NCBI GenBank assembly: GCA_002633005.1
Contig: NMRA01000304.1
Location: 213,200 to 277,199, forward strand
Source of the DNA: Phoronis australis
Taxonomy: Eukaryota; Animalia; Phoronida
DNA: 64,000 bases
Direction: 5' to 3'
Shown here: piece after piece, positions 27,320-42,038 of the stretch
Layout: each line of letters opens with the position of its first letter
Numbering within the stretch: the first letter of the stretch is position 1
Translations under genes and position numbers: made by a program
The notes under the pieces: generated by a model
Seen by the model: the letters and a program-made list of their open reading frames with translations, nothing else
What the model was told of the DNA's origin: nothing
Databases searched by the model: none

Positions 27320-27900
27320 GCTTAGTATATGAAAGTTTGGTATGAATACAACCGGCTATTTCAGAGGTATGATACTCTGACGTTATCCAACGTTGGACGT
27401 TTTTCTGGGTGCCAAACAATCTTAAGACATCCCAGTTAGCGCAGTGCCCTGCACACTCTTATTTAATGAGAGTATCTCCATGTTAGCAAGTGTAGACTTC
27501 TTATTAATATCAGTAAAGCATAGTTGGTTCTGAGCTCTCTGTTTTTTGTGTTTTTTTTTTTTTGAAAATCTTGCCAGNGAGATAACTTTATGGGTTATTA
27601 CACTGCTGTATCTTCCATTATTGGCTAATATTGTGGTATAAAGCTTAGTATATGAAAGTTTGGTATGAATACAACCGGCTATTTCAGAGGTATGATACTC
27701 TGACGTTATCCAACGTTGGACGTTTTTCTTGGGTGCCACACAATCTTAAGACTTCCCAGTTAGCGCAGTGCCCTGCACACTCTTATTTAATGAGAGTATC
27801 TCCATGTTAGCAAGTGAAGACTTCTTATTAATATCAGTAAAGCATAGTTGGTTCTGAGCTCTCTGTTTTTTGTGTTTTTTTTTTTTGAAAATCTTGCCAG
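27256..27900. repeat. About 322-bp near-identical direct duplication centred on an N (27578); probable artefact
   Basis: 27256-27577 repeated at 27579-27900. Confidence 0.9.
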
Positions 27901-28259
27901 CGGTGCAGTATTTTTTTAGTTACTCACTTTTTCAAACAAGAGGAGCAGAAATGATGCAGGATATGTTTTTTACTCATAGCTTGGCAAATCGTGGCGTTTC
28001 ATACCTGTGTGTTATTGTGCAGCTTTTCCAAAAAACATGACCCTGGTTGAAATTGGTGTGGGCTTCGCTAAGAGCTGGTCTCAAAATGCTTAATGTTCAA
28101 GTGTAAAAATCCATTTCAAGTTTACGTGGTTGGTGACAAATTTCGTAGACTTTGATCATTTATGTCTCAAGTAACAAGAGTTGATACAAAGTATTTTCTT
28201 TACAGAAAAGTTTGTATCTTTTCATCTGACTTGTTCTCAGATTGCCATCATTTAAATTA

Positions 28260-28480
28260 CAGTACAAAACAAACGTAATCAGTCAAAATACCGTTTTCTG
28301 TTATGGTGGCTAATTCTAATGACTGGTAATAACTATTAGGGCAGCAAAATTCTCATTACAGAGCGGTTTAGCCACCAGTTAATTCCTTTTTATTCTCGGA
28401 AGGTTGCTCTGACTAAGAATTCGGCTTCTGCCCAGCCATCATGACGCATCATTTTGTCTGAATACTTTTGGCTTATACCG
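28260..28480 (-). mobile_element. MITE family A copy 2
   Basis: ta-cagtacaaaac...ttttgtctgaatacttttggcttataccg-ta; TA flanks; reverse similarity to 1-253. Confidence 0.7.
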
Positions 28481-28659
28481 TATGTATGAGCAGCCTATTG
28501 TCATGCATTGTTTTAATATCATTGCGCAAATATTTGCCATAATCAGTCTATAAGTCACTGGCCTGAAATCATAAATGAACATTTGATCAGGGACCAATCA
28601 AAAGCTTTGTTGCATAGTGCTTTAAACGGAATATTAATCCAATATGCTTACATTTTCAG

Positions 28660-28807
28660 AATTAACATTCAAGGTACAAATCTGGACTCAGCAATGAATT
28701 CGCTACGAGGTTTTGACAGAGTGTTCGTGGATTTCTTCATTTGGTTGGCCGATATTGAGTCAAGGCTGGAAAGTGAACAGGGCACAGATAGTGAAGTGAA
28801 GCGTCAG
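28660..28807 (+). CDS. DMD: Dystrophin exon-55 homologue (INIQGTNLDSAMNSLRGFDRVFVDFFIWLADIESRLE...)
   Basis: ttttcag acceptor, donor CAG|gtaaaa; 148 nt, phase 2 to 0. Confidence 0.9.
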
Positions 28808-30117
28808 GTAAAATATTTTCTTCAATGTCAGTTTTTGGCCTTCGCATTTGGTACATGTGAGTATACTACAAAAGACCTATATGGAAGAAAAGTTCTGTTC
28901 TGACTTTCTTGCTTCTTGGTTCTTCCAATAGGTGGCTGCACTGTAAGATGGTGCATCACTTTTCTGAGAAGATAACTTTTGTGAAGATAACAGGCCTGCA
29001 ATATGTGTGCAGATAGTGTATAGTGCGTTCATTCCAGTTTTTTCACTTTCTTAGTGCTCCTTTCTTCTAATAGATGGCGATACTGTACAGTGGGTATATC
29101 ATTTGGTTGCTGATAAGAATACGGCGCTTGTGAAGCTAATAGTTCTATCACTTTCCCCTCACTGGTTTGTTTCTTCCAATAGGTGGCAGTACTTTACAGT
29201 ACTATGTCAGAAACCTTACTCTTTGTGGACCATTGAGCTTTTGTACTTTATGTGGAATTAAGATATTGTGTAGCAGTATTTTTCTGTGTTCTACTCTTTT
29301 TGCTGTTTAGCTCACGTGTTTATTTTATAGTTACAAGTAAATGCAACAGAGAATTTTACCGCATTGCCCAGAAATCTTTGTATGAGGTGAAGGATTAGGA
29401 TGGAAACATTACTGTTAAACCTTGTATATAGGCCATGCATTGCGTTATATTCGTGAGTGGGTTTATATTCAAGGTTGCTTGCATTCTGGTGTGAGTAAAA
29501 GCATATGAATTCATAACAAACTTTTAATTTAGGTGACCGACGATTGTAAAATATGTCTCAAATTATTCCTTGTTGAGATTTTAAGTGATTTTTGGGCATG
29601 TAAAGAACTATGAGTTCATTCTTACTTGATACCAGGACCTCCTATTTGGCTTGTCACGGGGGGGGCTCCTATTTGGCTTGTCACCGGAGTCGTGTTGTGC
29701 ACAGAACATGTCCTCAAACAATAACACAATTGTCAGTTCTTCCCAAACTCAAAAACCATTTCCACTATGAGAACAGAAGAAATTGAGTCCAGTTTTATTT
29801 GTCTTATTACCTTGTGTTTTTATTACCATGTGCCAACTTCAGATCTGTACTCGTGTCTGGTCTATTGTTCAACAGAGGATACCTGAGTACTTCAGTGCAC
29901 ATTGTTGATGAATGTTTAATAACATGACTCACTGATGGGTTTTTATGCCAAGTGCTCTCGTAAAAGATAGATTAGAGATTCGCTTCATTTTCAAAATTGG
30001 CTTAACTGTTATTCTCGCAGCAGCGATGCCTGTCATCAAGCCGTGGTATTTGAACGATATACTATTAAATTTGTTTGAATATGAACAATAGCACAGCCTT
30101 CAAAGTTATTTGGTTAT

Positions 30118-30565
30118 ACCGTAGTCATCCCGGTAAACGCCAAAGGGGCTTAAAATTGTGAAATGCAAAAAGCAAGGGGTGGGCGCTCCAAGTCTGGGGC
30201 ATTTAAAAATTATATTTTTTTGAGTAGTGGGGGATTAGCATTCATCGACTCGCGCAAATGCCTTCACCATTTTTGCGTACTAGTACATGAGCCAAAAGAG
30301 CATTTGTATCTCATCAGTAAAAAGTTGGGAGATTTTCTACCCACTGGAAACTAAAGGTATGCTGCGTACATTTTGGGAGGTAAAATTCTTGCGAGACGGG
30401 TGTTCACAAAGACTGGCACTTTTGATTTTTGCAGAAGTCTCCACTGTATAAATTGAGGGTGACCGCTAAGCCAAGCAAGGGTGTTTAAAAGTGATGAATA
30501 AAATGTAGAAACTTCATGGATGGGTGTTAAGCTGAATATGGGCGTTAACCCAGAAATGCACTGTA
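30118..30565. mobile_element. Probable Tc1/mariner-type MITE remnant
   Basis: ta-ccgtagtcatcccggtaaacgcc ... ggcgttaacccagaaatgcactg-ta imperfect terminal inverted repeats. Confidence 0.5.
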
Positions 30566-31668
30566 CTATTTGTTAAAATCTAAAGTGGAGGCTGATCATG
30601 ACGTCAACATGGTTCACTTGGGTAAGATGATCAATAATTTTGAAGTGTACTCATCGTCAATGACAGTTGGAATGCAGGAGAGACCGGATTTACTCTACTA
30701 AAGCGGATCATTCTCTTAATTGCGCTCCTGTTGGTAACGATTAGAAATTGTCGGCTTTGTCAGATACTCATTATTGTATTTTTGCACGAAATTTAAATTA
30801 ATCACGGTGTTGTTTTTTTTTTAAGTTTTTAAAGAAAAATTAGTTTTATTTTTTCCAAATTTCTATATCCTGGCGAAGCTACTGATGATCATACGTTATT
30901 TGTAGTTTGATAAGAAAGAAAAAAATTAAATATTTTAAGAAAATCATTGGCATTTTCTGTTTATCTCTTGGTTTGTCTGTGTGCATTTTATGGCACATAT
31001 GCATATTTACATACATTTGCTACATGTGCTCCTGCATATGTATGTATATCCATGCTTTTGTGGATTGTGCACCGAACCTCCGGGCAAATTCCTCGCCAAA
31101 GTTTGCATCTCCACATACCGGTACCGAATGTGACAGTGTTTTATGCAAGATATCCTGAACTTTTCTGTTTCCCTGGCTTCCTTATGTCAACAAATGTCAT
31201 GTGAATTAGACCGGTAATGTCAAGATGTGCGATTTCGTCCATCTAGACCCGGCAATTAATGGGGAGCCAGCGCATTCACTGTCCCTGTTCACTGTCCGCA
31301 ATGTAGATTGATTGATCTGGCCACTTTCTGAGATGCGAACTGCTGCTTTCAACATTGTTAGGCAATTTAGCTGCTAGTTTTAATGATCGTCTGGATGAAA
31401 AGGTAATTTTATGTGTCATCATCTTATTCATGTCTTGTAATTAGGTTTGCATGAGAGCTAATCCTTAATCTGATTAATTGTTTTGTGGGATATGTGAATG
31501 CCCTGTTAGTTCAGTATATCTCGTCAATTGTTTTTAGGGTGTTATCATTCATGGGTGCTCATTCATGTCCTGCAATCCATAAATTGAAGAATGGCATAGT
31601 TTGATTTAATGGGATTTTTAGTAGTGTTCTACAGAAGTCTTCACTAATGTCCTGCATTCAAACACTTT

Positions 31669-32164
31669 AGGCCGTTTCATACAAATGTCGACGTGTCGAT
31701 GTTTTGGAGAGTTGCAGTCAGTATGAAGGGTTAACTTCAGTCCTGGACTGAAGTTAACAGTGCCAGTTCACTTCACAGTAAACGGGTGGATTTAACAGCA
31801 GAGTGTTGACGCTGCGGTTTGGTATTAACAGTCAACTCCGGTCCCATTGAAGTTATCGCTAGGGGTGGCTGTAATCGTCAACAGTGTCTTTGCTAATAGT
31901 TGCTTAAATTTTGGTGGAATAATCACTAATCGAATTAGAAATAAGTTTTACGTCAATTAGCACATGTAAATGTTCCCAAACTGTCACATTAAAAAAATCT
32001 TAGCATGCACGTGGTGCATCAGCGCCACCTTGTGATTACTTCGATGATGACAGCGTGACTTCCGGTTTACTTCTATGTCCGTATGCCGGTATGAACGGTT
32101 TAGTTAACTTCCCCAGTTTTCGTCAATGCACTCAAACCGGAATTAAGTCAGTATGAAAAGGCCT
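31669..32164. mobile_element. MITE with PIF/Harbinger-like termini
   Basis: aggccgtttcatac ... gtatgaaaaggcct terminal inverted repeats; internal palindrome gttaacttcagtcctggactgaagttaac. Confidence 0.75.
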
Positions 32165-34804
32165 TTTGTAGAATCCAGCCCAAACATTGTGTAAAAAACG
32201 AGTGAACTGCTGCTATTGGCTATATCTCAGTTATGATGAAATGTTATTGTGTTCCTAATTTAATTATTAAACAGTTTGTTCATACCTAATTGAAGCAATT
32301 TCTGGTATCACTCCTATCTCACCCTGTCTAGTCTTCCCCTGGGAACAATTTCTAGTGCTGTAATTGCTTCCCAGGTATTAATTGCCACAGTTGTCATTCA
32401 GTAATTTCTTTGTGGCTAATGTACATTTGACATGTCATTGTGTCAGTCCTGCGATTACCTCTGTGACTATTTGCTTTAACATTAATGGCACAGCAGATCC
32501 AAGGTTGGAGAAATAATATATGGTGATGTTTGAAGTGAGGATTAAGGAAGGTTTATGGAGTCTGGGCCTGTGAAGTAACATGAAAAGACACCTCATGGAT
32601 GGGTATTGATTGGAAGGGCTGCACGTGTATGATCCCACAATGGACGGATCGACCTTACACCTTGCTTGACCAGCCAGCAGGCTTGATCGTCAGTGGCCAC
32701 AGCTGTCGAGAAGGATCATTGAAATAATGTGTTTCTATCATCAACTTGACACGGGCTACATGCTTTCTCCATCCATGTCTATTTGAGTACTAAGTTAATC
32801 TCCAAAGATGCCGCAGTTGCAATGAAATGTACTTTGGTGGCATGTTTAAAATGGACGTCAAATTCTGACTTAACGTTGTATGGGAAAGTTACTGAAGTTA
32901 CTGTTGGTTTAAAGTGGGAGGCGAAGTGCTGGGCACAGTTCAGAATAATCTTCTGGTTGCTGGTATAAAGCAGATGTTGAATCCGATTTAGACAGGAGTT
33001 AAATCCTGGTGACAGTTGAATTCATAGGAAAGTGTTCAAGCTGTTGCATTAAGGGCAGACATTGGTGGTCCCTTTGGTATAGGACAGAATTCTCTTTTGT
33101 GTTGCTGATGGAAAATAAGACAGCAATGATTGGCTGTCCCTTGTTGTGCTGTAAACTTGACTAGAGAATTGTTTGCGAATCGCCATACAGACAATGGAGC
33201 GTCATTCATAAATCATAAACTTGGATTACACTAGCTGATGTCGTGAGATTGATTTCTCTTCAAGCATATGTCACTCCTAGGTCTATAGGGTTTGGTCCGG
33301 GTAGCTGGCTAAAGTTGATGTCAGTATGAGAAAATGACCACATGTAATGGTCAGTCCATGTCGATGCCTCTGCTGCAGGATATGACCATCGGATAATCTT
33401 TGCTACTTTGAGGAGTATACCTAGTGTTTCTGATATGCATAGAAATCTGCTGCTGTGGTTTACATGTTGCTGTATTCTTACTTGTCTCCGGGAACATGTG
33501 TTAACACGCCTGTTGTGACCAGTTCGAGGACCAGTTGTCAAGATTGGGGACAAGCCGACACGCGCGCCTTCCTCTGTCAATTTCTGTCCAGAGATGATTG
33601 GTCTAAATTTGACTCTGCAGAAATTGCTCTTCAATTTTGAGAAGGTAGACTTAATGGAGTGTTTCGAAATTGTCTTGTGTTGTTAAAATGCCGTGATGCC
33701 TTTTCGTGCCTACTTGACTCGAAGCATCTACAGCTGCTCTGTTAAATCTTCGTGTTTACTGTGATGTTAGCTAATGTACAGTTGAAGGTAATCGTTCATA
33801 TCTACTGACACTTTGCAAAACATTGACATGTTGACGTTGCTAAGGCCTAATGCATACTACAAAAATTGGTCTGCTGCATTGTTGTCCTAAATTGCGCTAT
33901 TTTTGCTGTACCGTTTTCTGCTTACATCAGCTAATTTGTTTATGAAATCGCTTGCCTCGTTTCAGAATTTGGAAATGTTCTTAATATCCTGTATTTACCA
34001 ATATGCGTAGGGTGTCTTAGATAATCCGTTTTGGAATCTTGTAGCACAATGTTAAATAAATGTAGATGGCTGTGCACTGATGGTATGTCTGACATATGGT
34101 TAGTCTACAGCAGATAGGTGCCTGTTGTAGATAGCTTACTGCCATGTAGTCCCAGGTCCACTATAGGCTCATGTCAGGTGTTGAGGGTTCTAGCGAAAAT
34201 GTGGTGTAATTGAAATCTTCGGGGCTTATGCTCACCATCTGTGAAAATTCGTTTTTCGGCTGTTAAACCCCACCGCGAAAATGTATTCTAGTTTTCATTG
34301 AGATATGATTTATTCTTCTCTTATTTCGCACAAAGTAATTGCGAAGAAGGTAATAATGTTTTATTTTTAAAGGCTGGGTGTCATTCTGCAAGTAATAAAA
34401 ATTTACTTATTAAGTTGTTATTTAATGACCTCCGCATCATACAGTGAAGAAGAATTTTTTAACAATCATTTTTGTCGGTAAACTTACCAGGATAAAGTTC
34501 TGTGTTTTTACTGTGTTAATTCTGTGCTTAACAAGTGACAAATTGTATAATCCATAGTACAAGACTTCATTTGTAAAAAATCCCTGTAAAGCATAAAATG
34601 TATCAATGCTTTCCACTAAATTCATCACGCTATTAGTGGATGGTAAGTTGTTAATTACTATTTCCTGTCAAAGGACTTAAAACTAATCTTTGAGACCTGG
34701 CCTTGCACAAGTGCCTATTAATGGAATTTGCTGAAGTTGTTTGCCCCAGGCTTTGTTCAATAAAACTTAACTCTTGCTTAAACCAGTGCTTACTTTAATT
34801 GCAG

Positions 34805-34974
34805 GATCTTAAAGCTGAGATTGACGCCCACCAGAAACTGTTTGAATCACTCTCGTCAACTGGCTGGCAAATTGTTGCCAATGGTGAGCCATCAGAAACT
34901 GCTCAGACCAAACAGAGGTTAGAAGAGATGAACAAAAGGTGGCAGCACCTGGAGAGGACATCCGTGGAAATCAG
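34805..34974 (+). CDS. DMD: Dystrophin exon-56 homologue (DLKAEIDAHQKLFESL...RLEEMNKRWQHLERTSVEIR); absent from ORF track
   Basis: 170 nt, phase 0 to 2; resembles human DLQGEIEAH...RLDNMNFKW...IR; donor AG|gtgagg. Confidence 0.96.
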
Positions 34975-36769
34975 GTGAGGCCATTGAGACTCTGTTATAT
35001 TTTTCATTTTCATTGATCCTTTGTTATTTCTTGTCATTTTACCATGCCTGTTACTTTGTCATGATGTTTTACATTTTTGTCTATATGTTTCTTGTTCTAT
35101 TGTCATGAAGCCAATCAAAACAGTATTTGGTATGTTTCGTCCATCTGTGCTCTGAGTTTTTGTATGAAATATTACGTTTCAAAAGTCAGGACTTTCTGAG
35201 GTACAGGGGGGGGTCATTTTTGGGCAAAATTCGTCATTTTTGAGTTTGGAAATGAGTGGTTTCTCCATACTTTCAAATGAAGCATAAGAATTCTAGTGAA
35301 GGTATTACAGGCATGTATTGGTATGGGTGAGTAGGTTGGTCTCTAAAAACCAATGCACAAATAAGAAATGCGTTGCCATGACAATCAGGAAAGTTTGAAA
35401 TGTACTAGGGAAGAAAATTGAGCAGTACCGTAAGTTATGACAAGGTTTTCACCCTCTGTAGGACGTATGGATTAAAAAATTACTCAACAACTATCATGGC
35501 AAAGACCTAAACTTTCAGAAATAGAAATAAATAGTTCACAGCAACTTCAGTGGAGACTTCCAACTTTCAAAAATATAAGTAAAATATACTGTCACTTCTG
35601 CAAAGACCTGAACTGTCAGAAATGGAAATAAAAAAATTGACGCTTTCTGCCATAGCTAAGTGTTGACAGAAGTAATTTACCACCATGTTGAATATTTATG
35701 AAGTTCAAGTATTGTTTTTCAACTATTTTATTGAAGATGCCTGTCATAAAATGGTATATTGATTCTTAGGGCCTGTATGAATGATATTTGAGTAATATTA
35801 CATACTGCCGGTACTCAGGCAAAGTGTGAAACCAATGACAATGGTTGGAAGGACAGAAATCAGCTGTAGTGCAGCACAGGTTTGGAGGTTTGCTTGCAAT
35901 TTGTCAAGGTAAATGTTCCGGCTGAACATTAAGACAAGGTTCAGTTACAGTGTGTCATGTTGAAAAACTGTACCAAAAACATCAAAATGGATTTCGACTG
36001 TGTTGGGGGAGGGACTTGGGGGGGGGCAGAGAGGATGTGAGATGAAAGTAATGGAGCATTTTCAAAAATTAATCTGTGTGGTATATAATGTTCGTCAGTC
36101 ATGGATCAAGATTGTAGATCGCAGTCATTGATTTTTTTCAATATTTTAAAGTAATTTTTAATATAAGGCGACGCAGGTGGCGTAGTTACATCGTCATTAA
36201 CACGAATAGACTAGGAGTATAGACTATCACTGCACAAAGGATTGCACATTTAACAACATTTAACAAATTGATACTAACAATAGTAAGACCAAGGTTTTCA
36301 TATCATACAAAGCAAAACCCAATGGTAGGTTTAATTTGTTTACATTCGGAAACATTTTCAGATGGTAGTCTCTGAGACAGTGAAACAAATAATTACACTG
36401 AGTAGCCATTGGGTCTGTCGGAAACAATAGGGTGGCCGGAATCATAAATACTCTAGTAATACAGCTAAATACAATGTTTGGACCCTGGTATGTAATGTCC
36501 GATCAAATTTTGTGGTGAAACCTATTCATCAGCTGTCTTTAGAATAAACCAGGAGGTCTGATTCAACTTTTCAACCCAAAAGTTTGGACAAGATCTTTTT
36601 TCTTTTGTTTACTCTAGACGTCTTGCAAAGGTGTTAGTGTGTTAGAAAGAGTTAACTATGTTTATTTGGGCAGATAATCGGCAGTAAAACATCAAACATA
36701 ATCTGTCTGTGAAATCCTACTCACCAGGGAACTTCGCTCAGTCTATTGATCATTACGGTTCATCTTACA

Positions 36770-37004
36770 CTACACAATCCAAAAGTATTCAGACAAAATG
36801 AAATGGAATTCCACATCATGACGGCTGGGGGGAAGCCAAATTCGTTGTCACTGTAGTCTTCTCTCATGACAGAGAATGAAGGGGAATCAACAGGAAAGTT
36901 AGTATGGTGCCTAAGCCATTTTGGCGCCTGAATAGTTATTAACAGTCATTTGTGCTTTTAACAGAATTAGCTGCCAAGACGGGGAAAACCATGTTATTGT
37001 ACTG
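36770..37004 (+). mobile_element. MITE family A copy 3
   Basis: ccaaaagtattcagacaaaatga...gagaatgaagg...ctaagcca...aacagaattagc, colinear with 1-253. Confidence 0.75.
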
Positions 37005-40000
37005 TATGTCAAAAATATAAGTTTCAAATAGTGTTGTTCTTGGTTGGTAGAGGGTCTACCCTGTAGTGTGTTAGTATCTCATGGTTCTAACTTGTTTTTC
37101 GATCTTGAATTTGAATATTTTTGTCTGTTGCATAACAAAAAAAAAATTGAGTAAGTGCCCTTATTGAAGATATGAAATGGAATTGATTACGTAACTGAAT
37201 TTTGTCAGGTCTTCTCTGTGTCACATGATTCCCTTATAGGTGCATGGAGAACACTCAAATTATCCGAAAGTTTATTGTTTGGCCCCCAGATGGGAACAAT
37301 ATGTATTTAGATAAGTGTGAGATTTCCCTTGAAATAAATTTCTGTCAACATTTTCAACATCAAAAAGATCACTCCGAATAAACCACAGCAAGGAACTGAG
37401 TTTTTGTTTAACTGAGTCTAGTCAGACAATTAAACATCCTAACATTAATGACAACAGTCATCCTAACATTAATGAGAACAGTCCTTAATGATTGAATACA
37501 CTACGCTTATGCATTATTAAACAATTCTCCACATGATGTTGAACTTACATTAAGGTAGTTGATGGTGACTGATATCTCTCACCTTACGCTCCAATAAACC
37601 TCAAAAGATGGGTCCTTTTTCTTTTACACGCCAAATGATCAATTGATTATGGGTATATTTTAAAGCATATCGTTAGCAATGTAAAGCATCAAATAGATGC
37701 CAATAGATGTCCTCTCACTGACAGAAGCAGGGATTATAAGGTCTGTGATCACCAAATTTGGACAATTTTCAAAAATATCATACTGTCATTTTTCAAAGGC
37801 ATCTAACATTGTTGCAATTGCCCACAAGTTTTCAAAACTTTGATTTCAGTTGTGGCACTAATCGTGAACATGGAAAACCATTTAATTTGGTCTACATATG
37901 TTTCTTGGAAAATGTGATAAAATAAAAATTCACTTTTCGACCATATTCTGTCCTATTTTGATGAGACTTTTTTACGAAAACTTTCAATACTCTAATTAAG
38001 CAGCTTTGTAAAATCACTATACAAGTCTTCAGTCATTTAGCTTACAATATGACCGATGAGTGGAATTCTGTTTTGTCAAATTTATTCATAAAATTAAAGT
38101 GTAATGAAATTTAAGCCTATTATTAGCCTAGTTTGGACTTTATAGATGTCATAAGACAACATTTGGTTAAGTTTCCACTATTTGTAAATAAGTAATCAGC
38201 TTTTGAAAAATGGAAAATGATAATTTTGGCGGTTTTGTACAAAATAAGTGGAACATCCTACTCCGCTCTTCCAATAGGTTGGGAGCTCATTTGTAAGATA
38301 TTTGCCAGATTGAAGAAAAAATGTTTCAAGCCACGCACATAATGTAGCCATTCAGAGGAGGGTGAATAAGCTTTACCGGTATTTCAATTTAGGCATTATC
38401 TTAAAAACTTGGTGCTCTGGCACTGTTGAATTATCCAAGTAATCAAAAACAATCAAAACCTTCAGAAGCTGACACACGTCTTTAAAATGTAATTGAGTAT
38501 TTTTGGACAACGGTCTTAAAAATAGATTTTTCAGCTACAATTTCCATAAACCATCTGGCCTATAACACCTGGTATAGTTTTCTAATGGCTATCTTGTATG
38601 TAACTGCTATTGGCATGTTTGGGTGAATAGTTGAAGTTGGGGTTGTTGGTCTGTTATGATTTGGTCTGTGTTATGCCGTTGGAACCATGATCATTGCTAT
38701 GCTGAGTTGTTTTTGGCAAGCAAATGTGACTCAGAAATGGGTCCTGTTCACTGAGATATTCAGGCTTCTGGATGACATGGTGATTTTTTTTATTTTCGTA
38801 TTGAAGTGTTTGTATTTGGTAAATGTACTTGTCATAATTTATTTTTATTAAATCGGTATGGTTTCCACTCTGCAGGAACATTAAACTTAGTTTGAAGCAC
38901 ATATTTGAGGCTAGGGTGGTAACGTTCATGCATAGCGTGAGACTATAGTGAAAATGAGACTTGGTAGAATCAATGTTATGATGACCAGCACGATGACAGA
39001 TTAAGTTATGGTATATTATTCTTGACACAATACTCCTGAGAAAATGGCCTCTTTTCACTGCGAAAACTGAGTGTCGTGGCTCAAAAATGTCAATACTGTC
39101 ATAAAAGTAACTGTATTTAGATCCACCCATTAATACCTGCATGCCAGATTTTGTTCTAATCTGTGACCTCCACATTGCAATATATATTCGGTGCTGTCGT
39201 GGAATAAAAGTTTTGCCATTGTTGCTCACTTAACCAGTTCATCTTGTGACCGATGACCTGCTATCCCTAGAGATCAAAATTCATTTCTTTGGAACTAAAC
39301 TGCATATAAAAAGAGTTTGGTATCATGTACTGAATTCCGTAGGCTATCTCGTCTATGAAGGATGTCAAAAGCGAGATATGTGCAGTTCGTTATGGTAACA
39401 GAATTGCCAAGTACGATATTTAATATGCAGTAACAGACCTTGTATCATACACCTGTGCTACACTGTCACATTAAATATTCTCTTCCAGGTAATGTATTCA
39501 GAAATGTAGCATCTTACCCCGCTCTGGTCAGTGTTGTGTCACACGGAAGTTTTATGTGTCTGGTCACACCGAGTTCATTTATTAGTCGGAAAAATTAACT
39601 GTAGGTTTTATTATGCTACAGCGACAGTTCCACCTGTACAGCACGCCATCTGGTGGGCTAATAGTATTTTAGTTTGACATTTTTTGTGTAAAAATGATAC
39701 CTTGTCATAAAATTGCTTTTAAAATTTGAGTGTTTGCAGCTGCGCAGAATGCCTTGGCTGTCATTTTGTGCAAAGTTGGTGAAGAAACACAGCAAAAACA
39801 ACTAACAAATTCATTTATTTATTTACCTGGTTTGACGTGTAAACTGTCCTTAAACAATATTTGGTAGACATTAATTACCATTGTCAAGGCCTTTGAAAAA
39901 GAGAGACAATGTGAAAATATTCCATTTTGTAAGTTGTGATTGATTAAATGTGAGTTAAAAAATGTTGCCTAATACATTTAAGTGTAATTTTTGCCATTTT

Positions 40001-42038
40001 GCAGTAATTGGATCTATATAGCAAACTGCAGTCAGAGGTTTTCTCAACCTGCTCATTGAGGATTCCATAACCTAAGGGGGTGAATACCTTGATAAAAATA
40101 CCAACTGTTGACTATTTTTTCTCACCGATGTAATGTTCTTTGGCATCACCATGGATTATCGTTTCATCCAAATTTCGGTACATCTGTTAGGTGTGCTTTC
40201 AAAAACTCTTGTCTTTCTTTGGCTTTTCTTTCGTTTTATAAAGACTCGGGTCTCTCTGTAGGATAGCACTTTAATTGGTGATTTTATTTTGATTGTCAGT
40301 TAATAAATGAAGGTTTGGTTTTGCATGAGGATAATAGAGTGGGTGTTACGTATGTATTGTAGTTTTCCTAATGAGAGTCCAGTTATCAGTGGCTGTAAAA
40401 AAATTGAATATTTTATTTGAGTTATATATAATAATATGCAGCTTTATGTTACTAATCATGCTAGTTATGAAAGAAATTTTTTCCTAAACTTTGTTCTTTT
40501 TGAGAAATTCAACGGTTGAATTTCACTTGTTGGTCATATCGTGTGTTAAATTGAATGGTGTTTGTCACATGTTTCATGCAGTACTTGAGTATTTGTGTTG
40601 CTGGAGATATAAAACATCCTGGCATATTTAATCGTTTTTCATTGAGGGTCTGCATTGAATGTCAGGGAACCTTGTTTAAGTCCAGTTCATCTGTTTTATA
40701 AATATAAGTTCACTGCCCATAGGCGTTTCCTTGATGTTGGTATTCATAACTGGTTAAACAGTGCTCAAGCAGGGTAAGTTATTGACCATACGCTCTCTGA
40801 TCCTGAATAGTTTACATTTAGTAATTCCTGTGATGAGCTGAGTACCAAATGCTCATCAGAACAGGAAAAATTTTTATCCAAAATAGTCTTGACCCAATGA
40901 TCAACTTGACCCGTTGGTCGGGAATTATTTATAAATCATCTGTCAGCAGTTGACGTTGATAAATGTGATAGTTATGCAAGTGCAATCGATGAATCTCTTG
41001 TACTTAATACCATGCATTCTGAATCTTAAGTAGTTTGAGTATCTGAATTTTCGGAGACATTTCGCAATTATTCTGTGGTTACCGTGTAGGATTCTGTTTA
41101 TCGTCAGCATCTTATATCAGCCAGGTTGAGTAATTTACAAAAACTTCCTCGCTCAAATGTGAAAGTGTTTACAACACAGTGATTCAACAACTTATCAGTC
41201 AAACCAGCTGTCACTTTGAGCCCGCCCTAATTCCTAATCGGGTCGGTTACCTGGTAAGAACTTCTAGCCATGAATCTTCTGTGGCTGACATCTTAGTCTG
41301 CTGTATGATTTGCGAAATCTTGAATTTGGTGTGTGGGCTGGATGCTGGAGAATTGGAAATAACCCTACTGAAGTGGCTCGGCAGAACTGATATAGGTAGT
41401 AAGACGGGAAGTCTGCCAAGAGCTCGGAGCAAACCTGACTTGTGGTCCTAGGCAGTGATGGCCATGTTTTCCTTACCACCATGAGGGCTCTCTGTGTGTT
41501 TTTTATTGTTGCTGGAATCAGATAGACAGATATCGTTATCTGCTAACACAGCAGAAAGCATCTCGATTTAACCTCTTCAAAGAAATTGAAAGCCAATTCT
41601 GAAACAATGGAATACAGTGACATAGACTAGGAAGTCATCTCTAGTGTGTCGGTTTATCTGATTTCTTTGCTAAAAAGCATTACAACAGACATGTGATCCG
41701 TTTATCTCAACTTGTTAATTAAGTCCGTTTTCTCATGTATGAGGTCATGAGACTGTCTTGTTGTTTTCAAAAACAAGTCGAGCGAAAGGTTCTGTGGAGG
41801 CATTTTGACAAAGACGACCACGGAAGCTGGATGTGCTAATTGTGTTGACTTCGGAAGTAGATGTGTAACACTTGTAGACTTGATATCGAATTAACTCGCC
41901 ACAGCTTTAACAAGGGAATACGCTTTATTCGATTAACTCCATTGCCAGCCTGCTTTACTCACCGTCCTCATCGGATTACGTATTTATGACATTTATTGAT
42001 ATTTGCCCGAGTCGGCTTTAGTTGTATCCCCAACAATA

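Noticed and set aside
31316-31402. Segment ending at donor AAG|gtaatt in intron 55
   Set aside because: The phase-0 frame has no Met, and the Met frame (MIVWMK) is phase 2, incompatible with the next exon.
38654-39229. 191-aa minus-strand ORF as a nested gene
   Set aside because: Non-ATG start, no recognisable domain, composition typical of AT-rich intron.
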